Shown here in pieces: positions 50,097 through 62,080 of a DNA stretch of 64,000 nucleotides. This DNA comes from Centroscyllium fabricii (taxonomy: Eukaryota), in the NCBI GenBank assembly GCA_051313645.2, contig JBNRSN020000009.1, forward strand, positions 104,408,001 through 104,472,000, read 5' to 3'. Position 1 is the first letter of the stretch. Every line of letters begins with the position of its first letter. The notes beneath the pieces are model-generated. The model saw only the letters and a list, made by a program, of their open reading frames with translations. It was not told the origin of the DNA and did not search any database. The translations under genes and the position numbers were made by a program.

Positions 50097-50145
50097 GATA
50101 AAGGATGGGAGAATTAAATTTCCCAGGACTGAGGTTAGAGATATT

Positions 50146-50560
50146 GGCCCAGAAATTCGGGTCCCCACGGGTGAGTACGCGCTGGGTACTTACCTGTAGC
50201 CCCATCCAAATTGCCGGTTTCGTGCATGCACAGCGCATGCGCACGAAACAGGCACTTCCGATCCCCTGACAGAAAGGTTCAGGGGTCGGAATGCGTGCGC
50301 ACTCCACTTCCGGCTATTTTTTTTAATATACAGGTTTTTCATTCTGGGTAAGTCTGAATATTTTAGAAATGTAAAAAGCAGTCGTAAGGCTTGCTTTTAA
50401 CAAGGTAAGTGGTGAATTAATTCAAATTAAAACATTTTTTCAACAGGTTTATTATTTTTAAATAATTTAAAGAAAGTTAAGTTTATTTTTAGCCCTGTTA
50501 GAAAAAATAATTCATTAAAAAAAAAATTAAATTGTTAAAAAGAGTTATTTCAATTAAGAT
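50146..50560. mobile_element. Family H3 copy, truncated
   Basis: Starts GGCCCAGAAATTCGGGTC and matches 42358-42730. Confidence 0.7.
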
Positions 50561-51071
50561 TTTTAATCTCCAAAATTCCCTATCTTCATAATTTTGTCAT
50601 TTTTAACCATTTCACCCTTAATTTCAAACCCCCTTCGGACTTTCCAAAAAGCCTCCTTAAGAGTCTTTATCAAATGTTTTTTAGGAATCCAGCCAGATAT
50701 AATCCTGAACAAACAAGTTTGTCAGCCATAATAAAGCCTCATTCATGCTGACTCCCAATTATCACAAACCATTAAACAAGCACCTGTAGCGCCGGCAGGG
50801 CCTAGGAACCACACGTGAGCCAGAGCTAGAGAAAACACAGCTTTAATATACTAAACAAAACAAGAAAGAGAGTGAACCACTCGCAACAAGCGTATTTAAA
50901 CAGTCCCGCGGTTGGTGACGTCATCGCGTCGGCCGACGTGGTGACGTCATCGCGTCACCCGGATGAGCGGGGCTTTGCTCCGCGGAGTTCCCGTGGCGGA
51001 TTCGATGTCTCAGTGGGCGTGCCGCCACACAGCTCCCCCCAGAATCCGTCCGGGAGGAATAGTGACAGAGT

Positions 51072-53771
51072 CTATGTGTGCCGTTGGGGTGGCTGGATGA
51101 TGCGGCCGGACCGTGTTGTCTGTTGCTCCTGGTTCTGTGGTGGAGTGTGGGCGGGTTTTGTTGCGGGAGGGCGACCGCATTGTGGTGGTTGTGCGGGGAC
51201 CGTTGTCTCACCCGCTATAACGTGCGCCGGCTTGAGCCGGTCTATTGTCACAGTGTCAGTCCTGTTGCCCATTTGTAATTCAAAAGCTTTAGCTCCTGCC
51301 CGAAGCACTCTGTAGGGGCCATCGTACGGTGGCTGTAGTGGACATCGGTGTCCGTCGCGCCGGACGAACACAAATTTAGCTTTTTTAATGTCGTCCGGCA
51401 CCCGAGCTGCCGGCTCTCCGTGCCGGGCCACTGGTAGTGGCTGGAAAGCTCGTGCCGGGTTGGCGAAGTCTTTTAAATACTGGTCGGCTGACCAGGGAGC
51501 GTTGGGCTCAGCCAGGAACTCGCCCGGCACCGTTAAAGTTTGGCCGTAGACGAGCTCTGCTGCCGAGGCGTTTAGGTCTTCCTTGACTGCCGAGCACAGC
51601 CCGAGGAGAACCCATGGAAGGCGGTCGGTCCACGATGCATCCTTTAGTGTGGCTCGTAGTGACGCCTTCATTGAGCGGTGGAACCGTTCGCATAGGCCGT
51701 TCGCCTGTGGGTGGTATGCGGTGGTTCGATGTAGTGTCACCCCAAGGTCGCGGGCGATGGCCGCCCATAATGCCGACGTGAACTGGGGTCCTCTGTCGGA
51801 GGTGATGTCTGTGGGCACGCCGAAGCGGGCGACCCAGGTGGCGATGAACGCCCTGGCCAAGTCCATGATGCCGGTGGCAGTGAGGGGGACTGCTTCTGGC
51901 CAGCGAGTGTTGCGGTCGACCATGGTCATTAGGTGCGTGTGGCCCCGGGATGGCGGTAGTGGCCCGACGAGATCGATATGGACGTGGTCAAAGCGTTTGG
52001 CCGGCACTTTAAAAGTTTCCAGCGGTGCCCTGATGTGCTTATGCACTTTGGAGCGCTGGCAGGCTATGCAGGAGCTGGCCCAGGTGCGGACGTCCTTGCG
52101 CAAGCCACGCCATACGAATCGGGCCGAGATTAATTTGATGGACGCGCGTGCGCCGGGGTGGGACAGGTCATGAAGGGTCCTAAATATGTGTCGCCTCCAA
52201 GCGTGGGGTACGACTGGCCTGGGTTGCGGCAAGGATACGTCGCAGCAGACGACGGTGGCAGCGGGGCCGTGCGCGATATTGGCCAAGTGGAGGCCGGGGA
52301 GATTAGCTGCTGCGTTGAGCAGGTCGGGGTCGGCCAGCTGGTCCGCGGCCAGCTGGGCGTAATCGACCGCCATTTGGGCGGCGTTAATGGTGGGGCGTGA
52401 AAGGCAGTCAGTGACCACGTTGTCGCGGCCGGAAATGTGCTGGATGTCGGTTGTAAATTCCGACACGGCCGCGAGTTGGCGCTGCTGCCTGGCCGACCAG
52501 GGTTCGGCGACTTTAGCCATCACAAACGTGAGTGGCTTATGGTCGCTGAAGGCTGTGAAGTGGCGGCCCTCCAAGAGGAAACGAAAGTGTCGCACTGCCA
52601 GATGGAGAGCGAGTAGCTCCCTATCGAAGGCGCTGTATTTAACCTCTGGGGGCTGGAGTTGCCGGCTGAAAAAGGCCAGGGGCTGCCACGAGTTGCCGGT
52701 CCACTGCTCAAATATGGCCCCGACCGCATGGTCGGAGGCGTCGGTGGTGAGGGCTACTCTGGCGTTGGGCCTTGGGTGGGCTAGGAGGGTGGCGTTTGCC
52801 AGGGCGGTTTTAGTTGCGGTGAAGGCGGTGGCGGCGTCGGCCGTCCACTCGACCGCAGCCTTGTTGGACTGCCCGCGGGTGGCCTGGTATAAGGGGGCCA
52901 TGAGAGCGGCTTCTCCCGGGATAAAGCGGTTATAAAAATTAACCATGCCTAAGAATTCCTGCAGCCCTTTAATGGAGTGCGGGCGGGGGAATTCCTGTAC
53001 CGCCTGCATCTTGGAGGGCAGGGGTATGGCCCCTGTTTGGGAAATGCGGTGGCCGAGGAAGTCAATAGTCTCGAGGCCGAATTTGCATTTAGTGGGGCTT
53101 AAGATAAGGCCGTGTTCGGTAAGGCGCTGGAACAGGGTCCTGAGGTGCAGGAGGTGTTCCTGGGGGGAGGTGCTGGCCACGAGGATGTCGTCTAAATAGA
53201 CGAAAATGAACTTCAAGTCCCATAGGACTGAGTCCATGAGGCGCTGGAAGGCCTGGGCTGCGTTTTTAAGGCCGAAGGGCATCCTAAGGAACTCGAAGAG
53301 CCCGAAGGTGGTAATGACGGCCGTTTTAGGAATGTCCGCCGGGTGTACCGGCACCTGGTGGTAGCCACGCACCAGGTCGATCTTGGAAAAGATCGTACAG
53401 CCCGCTAATCTGGCGGAAAAATCCTGGATGTGGGGTACGGGGTACCTATCCGGGGTGGTGGCGTTGTTTAGGCGGCGGTAGTCGCCGCAGGGGCGCCAAC
53501 CTCCGTCGGGCTTGGGGGCTATGTGGAGCGGAGAGGCCCAGGGGCTGCTGGAGCGGCGGCTTATACCGAGTTGCTCCATGGTGCGGAACTCGGTGCGCGC
53601 TATCTCCTGCTTGGCCGGGTCAAGCCTGCGGGCGTAGGCATGGACGGGTGGGCCTGTGGTCGTTATAAAATGCTCCACCCCGTGTTTGGCCTGGCGGGCG
53701 GTGAACGTGGGGTTGGTTAGGGCGGGGAACTCTGCCAGGAGTGTGCCGTAGGCATCGGAGTCCCGGGAGCG
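51072..53771 (-). CDS. CsRn1-like RT-RNase H-integrase (open frame)
   Basis: [23 protein letters not shown] and GPY motifs with no stops. Confidence 0.88.
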   Translation of the reverse strand, partial: RSRDSDAYGTLLAEFPALTNPTFTARQAKHGVEHFITTTGPPVHAYARRLDPAKQEIARTEFRTMEQLGISRRSSSPWASPLHIAPKPDGGWRPCGDYRRLNNATTPDRYPVPHIQDFSARLAGCTIFSKIDLVRGYHQVPVHPADIPKTAVITTFGLFEFLRMPFGLKNAAQAFQRLMDSVLWDLKFIFVYLDDILVASTSPQEHLLHLRTLFQRLTEHGLILSPTKCKFGLETIDFLGHRISQTGAIPLPSKMQAVQEFPRPHSIKGLQEFLGMVNFYNRFIPGEAALMAPLYQATRGQSNKAAVEWTADAATAFTATKTALANATLLAHPRPNARVALTTDASDHAVGAIFEQWTGNSWQPLAFFSRQLQPPEVKYSAFDRELLALHLAVRHFRFLLEGRHFTAFSDHKPLTFVMAKVAEPWSARQQRQLAAVSEFTTDIQHISGRDNVVTDCLSRPTINAAQMAVDYAQLAADQLADPDLLNAAANLPGLHLANIAHGPAATVVCCDVSLPQPRPVVPHAWRRHIFRTLHDLSHPGARASIKLISARFVWRGLRKDVRTWASSCIACQRSKVHKHIRAPLETFKVPAKRFDHVHIDLVGPLPPSRGHTHLMTMVDRNTRWPEAVPLTATGIMDLARAFIATWVARFGVPTDITSDRGPQFTSALWAAIARDLGVTLHRTTAYHPQANGLCERFHRSMKASLRATLKDASWTDRLPWVLLGLCSAVKEDLNASAAELVYGQTLTVPGEFLAEPNAPWSADQYLKDFANPARAFQPLPVARHGEPAARVPDDIKKAKFVFVRRDGHRCPLQPPYDGPYRVLRAGAKAFELQMGNRTDTVTIDRLKPAHVIAGETTVPAQPPQCGRPPATKPAHTPPQNQEQQTTRSGRIIQPPQRHT

Positions 53772-54899
53772 TCATTGGGCTGCCGCGTGGGCCAGGAGTG
53801 CGGGCCCTGTGGAGCATGGGATGGTCGTCATAGTATTTATGTTGACCAAGCGGCGCCGGGTTACGTCGACCAGTAGGCCGTAGGCGCAGAGGAAATCTGC
53901 CCCGAGGAGGGGCGATTTGACCTTGGCCGTTACGAAATCCCAGGTGTACGCGTGGCTTGCAAGGGTAATTGTAAGCTTGCGGGTGGCGTACGTTTTTATA
54001 CTGGAGCCGTTGGCCGCCGCTAGTGGCGGGCCCTGGGTGCCTTGTTTGGTTTCTGCAGGGGAGGCTGGCACGATGCTGTGCTGCGCGCCTGTGTCGCAGA
54101 GGAACCTGAGGCCTGTGCCGCTGTCTGTAGCAAAGAGCAGTGCTCCTGTGTGGCCTACAGACATGGTGGGGGCTGAGTTGGGCCGTGGCTTGAACGCGCA
54201 TGGCTGGACGCAGCGGTGCGCTTTATGATCGAACCGCGTGTGGTAGTAGCACCAGCCGGTGCTAGAGGGACGCGGTTGCCTAGGTGGGCGCGGGGCCCTA
54301 GGTTCAGGCGTAAAGTTATGCCTGGGTGGTGATTGGCTGCGCTCTACCGATGCAGAGTTAGGGTCGCACGTGGTTGAGCGGGTGCGCTGCGCCTCCATGA
54401 ACCTGTCGGATTCCTCTCCGAGCTCGTCAACGCTCCGTTGGCCAAGGGCCGCCAAGGCCGGTCTGATGGCGCGGGGCAGTTTGAGGAGGAAGACGGTGCG
54501 GAAGAGGGAGGCCGGGTTGGGTGTGAGCGCTTGCATCTGACCTAAGAGGTCCGATGGGTCTGCGTCCCCGAGTTCGGGGAGGTCGAGGAGCTGGCAGTCG
54601 CGCTCAAATTGAGAGGGGGTAAACATTTTTATAAGCGCGGCCTTGAGCGATTCATACCTGCCTGCGGTGGGCACACGCTGTATTTTTGACCACATCCGAT
54701 CGATCGTCGACTGCGGTAGGGCTGAGAAGACCAGGTCGTATCGGTCGTCCCCCTGGATGCCATATGTGCGGCAGCTGGTCTCGATACACATAAACCAGGC
54801 CGCTGGCCGTTGCTCCCAGAACTCGGGTAGAGTTAGTCCACGTCCGACGTTCTGGCCAAGTCCTTGCGTTCGTGGAGCTTGGTTCCTTGGGTTTACCAT
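53772..54899 (-). CDS. CsRn1-like Gag-protease
   Basis: CYYHTRFDHKAHRCVQPC (CX2HX9CX3C) and FLCDTGA. Ends at a TGA in frame with pol. Confidence 0.85.
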   Translation of the reverse strand: MVNPRNQAPRTQGLGQNVGRGLTLPEFWEQRPAAWFMCIETSCRTYGIQGDDRYDLVFSALPQSTIDRMWSKIQRVPTAGRYESLKAALIKMFTPSQFERDCQLLDLPELGDADPSDLLGQMQALTPNPASLFRTVFLLKLPRAIRPALAALGQRSVDELGEESDRFMEAQRTRSTTCDPNSASVERSQSPPRHNFTPEPRAPRPPRQPRPSSTGWCYYHTRFDHKAHRCVQPCAFKPRPNSAPTMSVGHTGALLFATDSGTGLRFLCDTGAQHSIVPASPAETKQGTQGPPLAAANGSSIKTYATRKLTITLASHAYTWDFVTAKVKSPLLGADFLCAYGLLVDVTRRRLVNINTMTTIPCSTGPALLAHAAAQ

Positions 54900-54979
54900 A
54901 TTTCCTTTTTTTTTTAAAGTTCTTTGGCTGGTGGTCCCTGATCCTGCGGCAGCTTTTCATCCTTGGAAGTCGTTCCAAT

Positions 54980-54991
54980 TCGGGGTCACCA
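54980..54991 (-). promoter_or_regulatory. Primer-binding site for tRNA-Trp
   Basis: TGGTGACCCCGA begins 1 nt after the 5' LTR and is complementary to the tRNA-Trp 3' end. Confidence 0.85.
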
Positions 54992-56908
54992 CTGTAGCGC
55001 CGGCAGGGCCTAGGAACCACACGTGAGCCAGAGCTAGAGAAAACACAGCTTTAATATACTAAACAAAACAAGAAAGAGAGTGAACCACTCGCAACAAGTG
55101 TATTTAAACAGTCCCGCGGTTGGTGACGTCATCGCGTCGGCCGACGTGGTGACGTCGTCGCGTCACCCGGATGAGCGGGGCTTTGCTCCGCGGAGTTCCC
55201 GTGGTGGATTCGATGTCTCAGTGGGCGTGCCGCCACACACCCTTGATTTATAACCCAGAGTGCTCTCCAGTTTCCAATGTCTTGGACCTGTCCTTTGTTG
55301 TTTGTTTTCTCTCTCTGTCTGCTTTAGTTTCTGTCTCTCTCATGGGTGTTATACTGCCCTGCAAACCTCAGCTTGATGCATGCCCTTTGTTCTTTTCCCT
55401 GAAGACTTCCAGTACAAACTCCAATATTGGAGCACTTTATTAAGGCATGCAGGGAACAGTGTGCAACATCGATTCCTTTCGGTGTGTTTTTGGCAGAGCC
55501 AGGGAACGATTGCTTGTTTTAAACTTTAATCAGTGTTTTCCCTGTACTTTTGCCAAAATATTAAGGGTAATAACTTGATGATGATGACCAAATCTTCTCC
55601 CATCTCCAAACCTCCATGTGCTCTGGCTCGCTGATGGGTATTAGGTCCAGAAAACTACCTTTCTTGGTTCCTGTTTTAATGGAGAGTGCTCAGAAGCAAT
55701 CTTAACCACTGTCTGAATTGTTTAAATTATCCATAACTCTTAGGCATCCTTACTTGCGAGCCTTCCTTAACTGCTCAAACAATTCCACATCAGTTTGTTC
55801 TTTCTGCCTCATGGGCCCAAAGCAGATTCTTACCATTGTTATCCAGGAGTGTCACAAATCTCTGGCCTTACTTCAGTTAGTTTACACTCACTGGACAACT
55901 CCACGCATTCATTAACTGTTAAATCTTTCACAACATTAAAGGCTGTATTTTGGGCTGACAGTTGAGCTGGAACATTGCTTTTTCAGTTCAGCACATGTAA
56001 AAAGTCCAGAGTACTATCATTTCATCACAGAGAATATACATGGTATGCCCTCCTGTAACAGACAGTAAAATAGAACCCATTATGATCTTCAAGTCACATG
56101 GTACAAGATTGGTGCTGTTTAAATTATATGATTGGTAATCTTTCCTCTATCATTGGCACGTTGTATCATCAAAAAATATCACCAAGGAACTAGCCAAAAA
56201 TGTAATAAAAGCATTCTACAAATTCAACCCGTATATTTTAAACAATTTGAACAAGACAAATATGGTTTATGAATTTGAACCTGATGAAACATTACTCATT
56301 TTATGGTTATCCTTTAATTGCTCATATTTCCAGGTTGGTCAAACGTGCAACATGCACTTTAAGAGCCAATGTGCATTTCCACAGTAGGTCAGAAGTTCTT
56401 TCTTGCTCATACAACATTGCATGATGTACTTTGTGGACGCTAAGCCCATGGGTATGATTCCACACAAGGAAATTACTGTTCTCAGATGTACCAGCAAAAA
56501 AGGCCCTGAACAAAGAAATGCTGTGAATGGAGCAACTTTGCTGGAGGGTCCCCCATGTCCATTTCTGAAATTCATTTGGGCTTGTTTCTGCTCCTCCTAG
56601 CTCCACATTACAATTGTAACATTTTGCTGATGGTCACTTTCAAGGCTGTATCCACATCAGCAAAACCGTTGTGGAGCCGGCCAATATCCCTGAAGGGTCC
56701 GAAAACAGGAATTAGACCCTTCATTAGCACAGGCAAGGGCCTAACACCCCTTTTAGGTGGGCACCCTGGATGCCTGAAAATCGTCGAGGCCAATATTGTG
56801 TTGGACGTTTTTTAGGTGTCCTTGGAGCGTCCCTGTAAAATTGGGCTTTTTTTGCCCCCATGTTCTACCTGGAAAACAGGTGCAACAATTAAAAATTTCT
56901 ACCCCACA

Positions 56909-58523
56909 GGGGGGCGGGATTTTCATAAAGGTGTGGGAAGCTGGGGGGTTTTGAGCGGGTCAGCTTTCTGGCCCGCCTGCCCAAGGACCTGGGAGGCCTG
57001 CATGATTTTGCCTCAAGTGGCCAATTAAATCCCCGTCGGTCAGCGCCGTTTTGAATACACACTTCTCAGTCAGGAAGCGTGGGGCGTCCTTTCAGATTCT
57101 GTGACTGGCCGGCTTTTGATTAACGGACCTGAAGAGTTTCAGTAGCCAGAAACCACTAAGCCTGATTGACAGTTCTGAAGTGGTTCCTTTCTTTCAATGT
57201 TGACAGAGCCATTGTGGTCTCACAATCCAATGCAAACATTGAAACCAAAAATCTGAGCAGTGAGAGGTTCAAGTGGCTTGATTGTTTTTTTATCAATTGA
57301 TGGGATATGGGCGTCGCTGGCTGGCTAGGCCTGCATTTAGTGGCCATCCCTAATTGCCCTTGAGAAGATGGTGGTGAGCTGCCTTCTTGAACCGCTGCAG
57401 TCCATATTGTGTAGGTACACCCACAATGTTGTTAGGAAGAGAGTTCCAGGATTTTGGCCCAGCAACAGTGAAGGAGCGGCGATACAAGTCCAAGTCACGA
57501 TGGTGTGTGGCTTGGAGGGGAATTTGTAGGTAGTGATGTTCCCATACGTCTGCTGCCCTTGTCCTTCTAAGTGGCAGAGGTCGCAGGTTTGGAAGGTGCT
57601 GTTGAAGGAGCTTTGGTGAGTTGCTGCAGTGCATCTTGTAGATGGAACACAATGCAGCCACAGTGCGCCGGTGGTGGAGGGAGTGAATGTTGAAGGTGGT
57701 GGATGGAGTGCCAATCAAGCGGCCTGCTTTATCCTGAATGATATTGAGCTTCTTGAGTGTTGTTGGAGCTGCACTCATCCAGGTAAGTGGAGAGTATTCC
57801 ATCACACTCCTGACTTGTGCCTTGTAGATGGTGGAAAGGTTTAGGGAGTCAGGAGGTGAGACACTCGCTGTAGAATTCCCAGCCTCTGGCCTGCTCTTGT
57901 AGCCACAGTATTTATATGGCAGGTCCAGTTCAGTTTCTGATAAATGGCAACCCACAGGATGTTGATAGTGGGGGATTCAGCGATGTTGTTTGTGGTTTCA
58001 CTGGAATGTCAACAGAAACTGATCCCCTGGGTGATTGGCAGCTTGCTTCACAGACACAGCTCCCAGCGTGATGTCTGTGAATGGCTGGGATGCATATGAA
58101 GGTGAGTGATTTCTAGTTTTTGGGGCACTGAAGTTTGAGGTCCAGCATGGTGGAGGCTAGCAAGCTGCTGTGTGGCTACTGCGCCCATGCCTTGAAAGTG
58201 GCAGTCACCCAGCCAATTGGGTGCCCTTTCAACGCCACCTTTCAACGGCAGGGTTCCCACCAGGTGGGTTATGGGTGGGAAGAGGGCAAAAATAGTTGAG
58301 GGCCCTTAAAATAGGATTACCCAGGCAATTAAGGGCCCTCAATGAACTCATTGAGCATCCCCGCCGGCGGCGGGCGGGAAACATTAGGGGTGGGAAAACC
58401 CGCCTGAGGAAACTGGAAAATTGGCGGGGATCCGGCGGGGTGGGTTCTCGCCCGCCGGAATTGCGATTTTAAACCCCGCCCCACCGGAAACCCGCACTCA
58501 GGGACCCCGGAAAATCCCCCCCC
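56909..58523. mobile_element. Family H4 copy interrupted by a LINE fragment
   Basis: Homologous to 43863-44745; ends GAAAATCCCCCCCC. Confidence 0.7.
57285..57983 (-). mobile_element. CR1-group LINE 3' fragment (second lineage)
   Basis: ORF 57350-57955 (IYKAQVRSVMEYSPLTW...SLHHRRTVA...WNSLP). Confidence 0.8.
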
Positions 58524-58711
58524 ATGTGTTATCTGATGCAAGAACAACAGTCTGGGAGTAGCTTGTAAGTGGCTTTGAACTGGGAAAGGTGTACATTACT
58601 CATAACAATATAATTATCAGACTACTTCATTGCGTATTGTTAAGTGGCTGCTAGAGTTAAGGTAAGTCCCAGAATGAAGTTAAGTGTCCAAACTGGTTAT
58701 ATCTATTATAT

Positions 58712-58800
58712 AAACAGAAAATGCTGGAAATACTCAGCAAGTCAGGCAGCATCTGTGAAGACAGAAACAGAATTAACGTTTTCGGTCGGTGACCTTTCGT
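58712..58800 (-). mobile_element. Penelope-type terminal fragment
   Basis: AAATGCTGGAAATACTCAGCAAGTCAGGCAGCATCTGTG, similar to 63342-63431, with a partial hammerhead-like core. Confidence 0.5.
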
Positions 58801-59528
58801 GTTATATCTGCTACCAGACTGCCAGAGATTGGGTGCATGTTGACCAAACTACTTGAAGGGAATGAAGAATTTCTTCTCTCTCATCCTCAAGCCAGGATAC
58901 ACTACCAGAGACTGCAGGGCAGGTCCCTAGTTTGACATCTACGGGCTAATGATGTTCTTTCTCTCCCATCCCAATATCTTATCACCAGAGATAGGGCATA
59001 TACTCAACTCCCCTAAAAGTAGATAAAGGAATGCTAACTGAGCAACAATTTAAGAAACAACCACCCATTTGTTGCTGCAGGTTGTGATTCATTCCCCAGT
59101 TGATGCAACAACTGCAAACTAAACTTCAGGTTACTGTCTGTTTTCTAATAAAGATGGACAGCTGCAGAAGAGAAATGATCTGAATTGAGCTGAGAGTCGA
59201 TTCACCATGATTCATTTGTTGTTTAAAATGTGGTTAATGTGTCATATAGCCCACACATTACGTCATGATCTTTGCAGGTAACAGTAAACGATAGTGGCAG
59301 GAATTTCCTTTTAGAAGATTATAAATACTGTAAACATGTTGTTCATATTTTTGGCACTTCTGCTATATTTATGTGGTAGAGTCACTTAATAACAGCTTTT
59401 TCATGCTTATAGAAATATATGACTTTGTTATGAGTCAAAAGTACAGAAAAAGTTTTTATTTTATAGCTATGGAGCTTTCATGACATGATCCTACTGAGAA
59501 TGTCATGCGTGAAGAAGGCAAATCACAT

Positions 59529-59799
59529 TGTGATGAAACCTGTTTGTATTGATCCTCTGCTGTTTGTATTGATCCTGTGCTGTTTAGTTTCACTTTCTAT
59601 TCCCGACTAACCTGGGAGGTTCTGGGAATTGGTTCTGGGCTACGCCCACTCTGTCCTGTATATAAGGACTAACCCGAGTACCTGACTCCATTCTTTGTGA
59701 GACGTTCTACCGGTTGTAATACTACTCTAATTCCAAGTTATTAAAAGCCTTACCTTTTAAACCTACGAATCGAGTCGTATAGTAATTGAAGGCGCTTCA
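59529..59799 (+). mobile_element. Solo LTR related to the Mag-like lineage
   Basis: TG...CA, TSD CACAT at 59524-59528 and 59800-59804, TATATAAG at 59659, ATTAAAAGCC at 59740, terminal hairpin, 20-bp tandem duplication at 59540-59585. Confidence 0.85.
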
Positions 59800-59852
59800 C
59801 ACATCACATCACTGGTGAGCAAAAATGTTACAAGCTGCATTTCTGTATAAGA

Positions 59853-61389
59853 CTGGACTGGGTTAAAAGTTATTTAAGCAAAAGACAACAGTTTGTGAAG
59901 TTGGGTAACTCTCGTTCATCGTGTTTGGACATTGCTTGTGGTGTCCCCCAGGGGTCAGTGTTGGGCCCAAAACTATTCATTATGTACATCAATGATCTAT
60001 GCAGAGTGTCAAACATATTGAAGCTGGTTTTGTTTGCGGACGATACCAGTATTTTCTGTTCTGGGGAGAATTTGAAACAACTACAGGAAGACATCACTAA
60101 TGAAATGAGTAAACTAAAAATATGGTTTGATAGAAATAAATTAACATTAAATTTAAATAAAACAAAATTAATGTTATTTGGTAATTATAGAATAAATACA
60201 CAGGTACAAATACAAATAGATGGGGTAGAAATTGAAAGAATTCATGAAAATAAATTTCTTGGAGTAACTATAGACGACAAAATCAGCTGGAAATCACATA
60301 TCAAACATGTACAGACCAAAATATCAAGAAGCATTGCAGTAATTAACAAAGCAAAGAAGGTTTTGGATCATAAATCACTCCACACTCTCTACTGTTCACT
60401 AGTCTTACCATATTTACATTACTGTGCAGAGGTTTGGGGCAATAACTACAAAACTTCATTATATTCACTAACAATCCTACAACAAAGAGCAATACGGATC
60501 ATTCACAATGTTGGTTATCTGGAACACACTAATTCATTATTCTTACAGTCAAAATTATTAAAATTCACTGACATTGTGGAATTTCAAACAGCACAGATAA
60601 TGTTCAAAGCTAAAAATAATTTACTACCAGGAAATATTCATAAATTGTTCAGAGATCGAGAGGGGGGTTACAATTTAAGGGGAAAATATAATTTCAAAAT
60701 TTCTAATATCCGTACAACCAGGAAAAATTTTTGTATATCAATTTGCGGGGTGAAGCTATGGAACAGTTTTGATGTGGAATTAAAGCAATGTCCAAACATA
60801 AACCAGTTCAAAACAAGTTATAAAGACATGGTCTTCACGAGGTACAGGGATGAAGGGGGGGTTGACAATTACCAGGTGTTATAAGGGTTATACTATTTAT
60901 TTTTTGGTTACTTAATATTTATTTTCTTTATTTTCTTTTCCTTTTTTTGGGATGTTGGTGTTATATCGGTAATTAAATTATAGTAATTATCTATATTGGC
61001 ATATGATTGTTATATATTTATTGTTACAATTATCTGTTAACATATTATATTGGCATATAATAATAATGTAATGCTGTATATGGTTTATATAATGACAATA
61101 TAATATATAATAATAATAATATAGTATGTAATAATATAGAATATAAATTACTATATATTTGTTAGATGATGTATCAGCATATATCAGTAAGGAAGCTTGT
61201 AATTTTATTGATTTATGGAGAAGGGGTGGGAGTTAATAAGTTATACTTCTTCTCACTCCATTTCGGATATGTAAATTTATTTTGTTCGTTTTGATTGAAA
61301 AAATAGCTTGTTTTTTTTTAAATATGTTTTTCTTTGTATCTTGTTTTCTTTTTTTTAAACATATTCGAAATAAACATTTTTAAAAAAAA
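59853..61389 (+). mobile_element. L2/Crack/Daphne-like LINE, 5'-truncated; RT ORF open to 60884, AT-rich 3' UTR
   Basis: GVPQGSVLGP, LFADDT, LPYLHYCAEVWG. Ends AATAAA plus an A tract. Possible TSD AAGAC. Confidence 0.85.
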
Positions 61390-61489
61390 GACAGCCTCAA
61401 ATGCTTCAGCACTATTGTGGCAGGAATGTGTGTTGGAACATATACCATTAAAATGCACATTTTGGTAGCTCTCCTGATAAGTCAACTGA

Positions 61490-61760
61490 TTAAGGAAGTG
61501 AGCAGCTGAGCCAGGGAGACCAGGATGGCCCTGTGTTCATTCCCAGTATGCCCGAATTGGCTGGTCTCAACTGGGATGATGAGAATTGAACAACAGTTGC
61601 CCTCAGTGGCTGTAGGTAAATGAGGAGAAAATAAGTCTATCTTTCTCCCTATTGCTATACAGTGCCCTCGACCGAAAGGGCACATGTGTATATATATTAG
61701 GCAAATACAGGATTAGGCTCTGCTAAGCCTGTTGAAATTCTCTGTCCAGGTTCACACTCG
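61490..61760 (+). mobile_element. Ancient LF-SINE-like element, degraded
   Basis: Resembles the LF-SINE-type consensus as I recall it (CCTCAGTG, ATTGCTATACAGTG, CAGGATTAGGCTC). Not verified. Confidence 0.4.
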
Positions 61761-61765
61761 AACAC

Positions 61766-62080
61766 GGGAGCACGGTGGCATAGTCGTTAGCACTGTTGCC
61801 TCACAGCGCTAGAGACCCGGGTTCAAATCCAGCCTCGGGTACTATCTGTGTGGAGTTTGCACATTCTCCCCGTGTCTGCGTGGGTTTCCTCCGGGTGCTC
61901 CAGTTTCCTCCCACAGTCCAAAGATGTGCGGGTTAGGTTGATTGGCCATGATAAATTGACCCTCAGTGCTAGGGGGATTAAATATGTGGGGTTACGGGGG
62001 TAGGGTGGGATGTGTGTCGGTGCAGGCTCGATGGGCCGAAATGGCTTCTATCTGCACTGTAGGGATTTTATGATTCTATG
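61766..62080 (+). mobile_element. HE1-type V-SINE (shorter variant)
   Basis: tRNA head, V core and (ATTCTATG)n tail. Confidence 0.88.

Larger units (their letters stand above)
50785..55237 (-). mobile_element. CsRn1-clade Ty3/Gypsy LTR retrotransposon, nearly intact
   Basis: 245-bp LTRs 54993-55237 (5') and 50785-51029 (3'), 4-bp TSD CACC, tRNA-Trp PBS, Gag CHCC motif, G-rich PPT. Confidence 0.95.

Noticed and set aside
56322-56606. Short overlapping ORFs and an acceptor-like TTTCCAG
   Set aside because: All three plus-strand frames after the acceptor stop within ~30 codons, and I recognise no homology.
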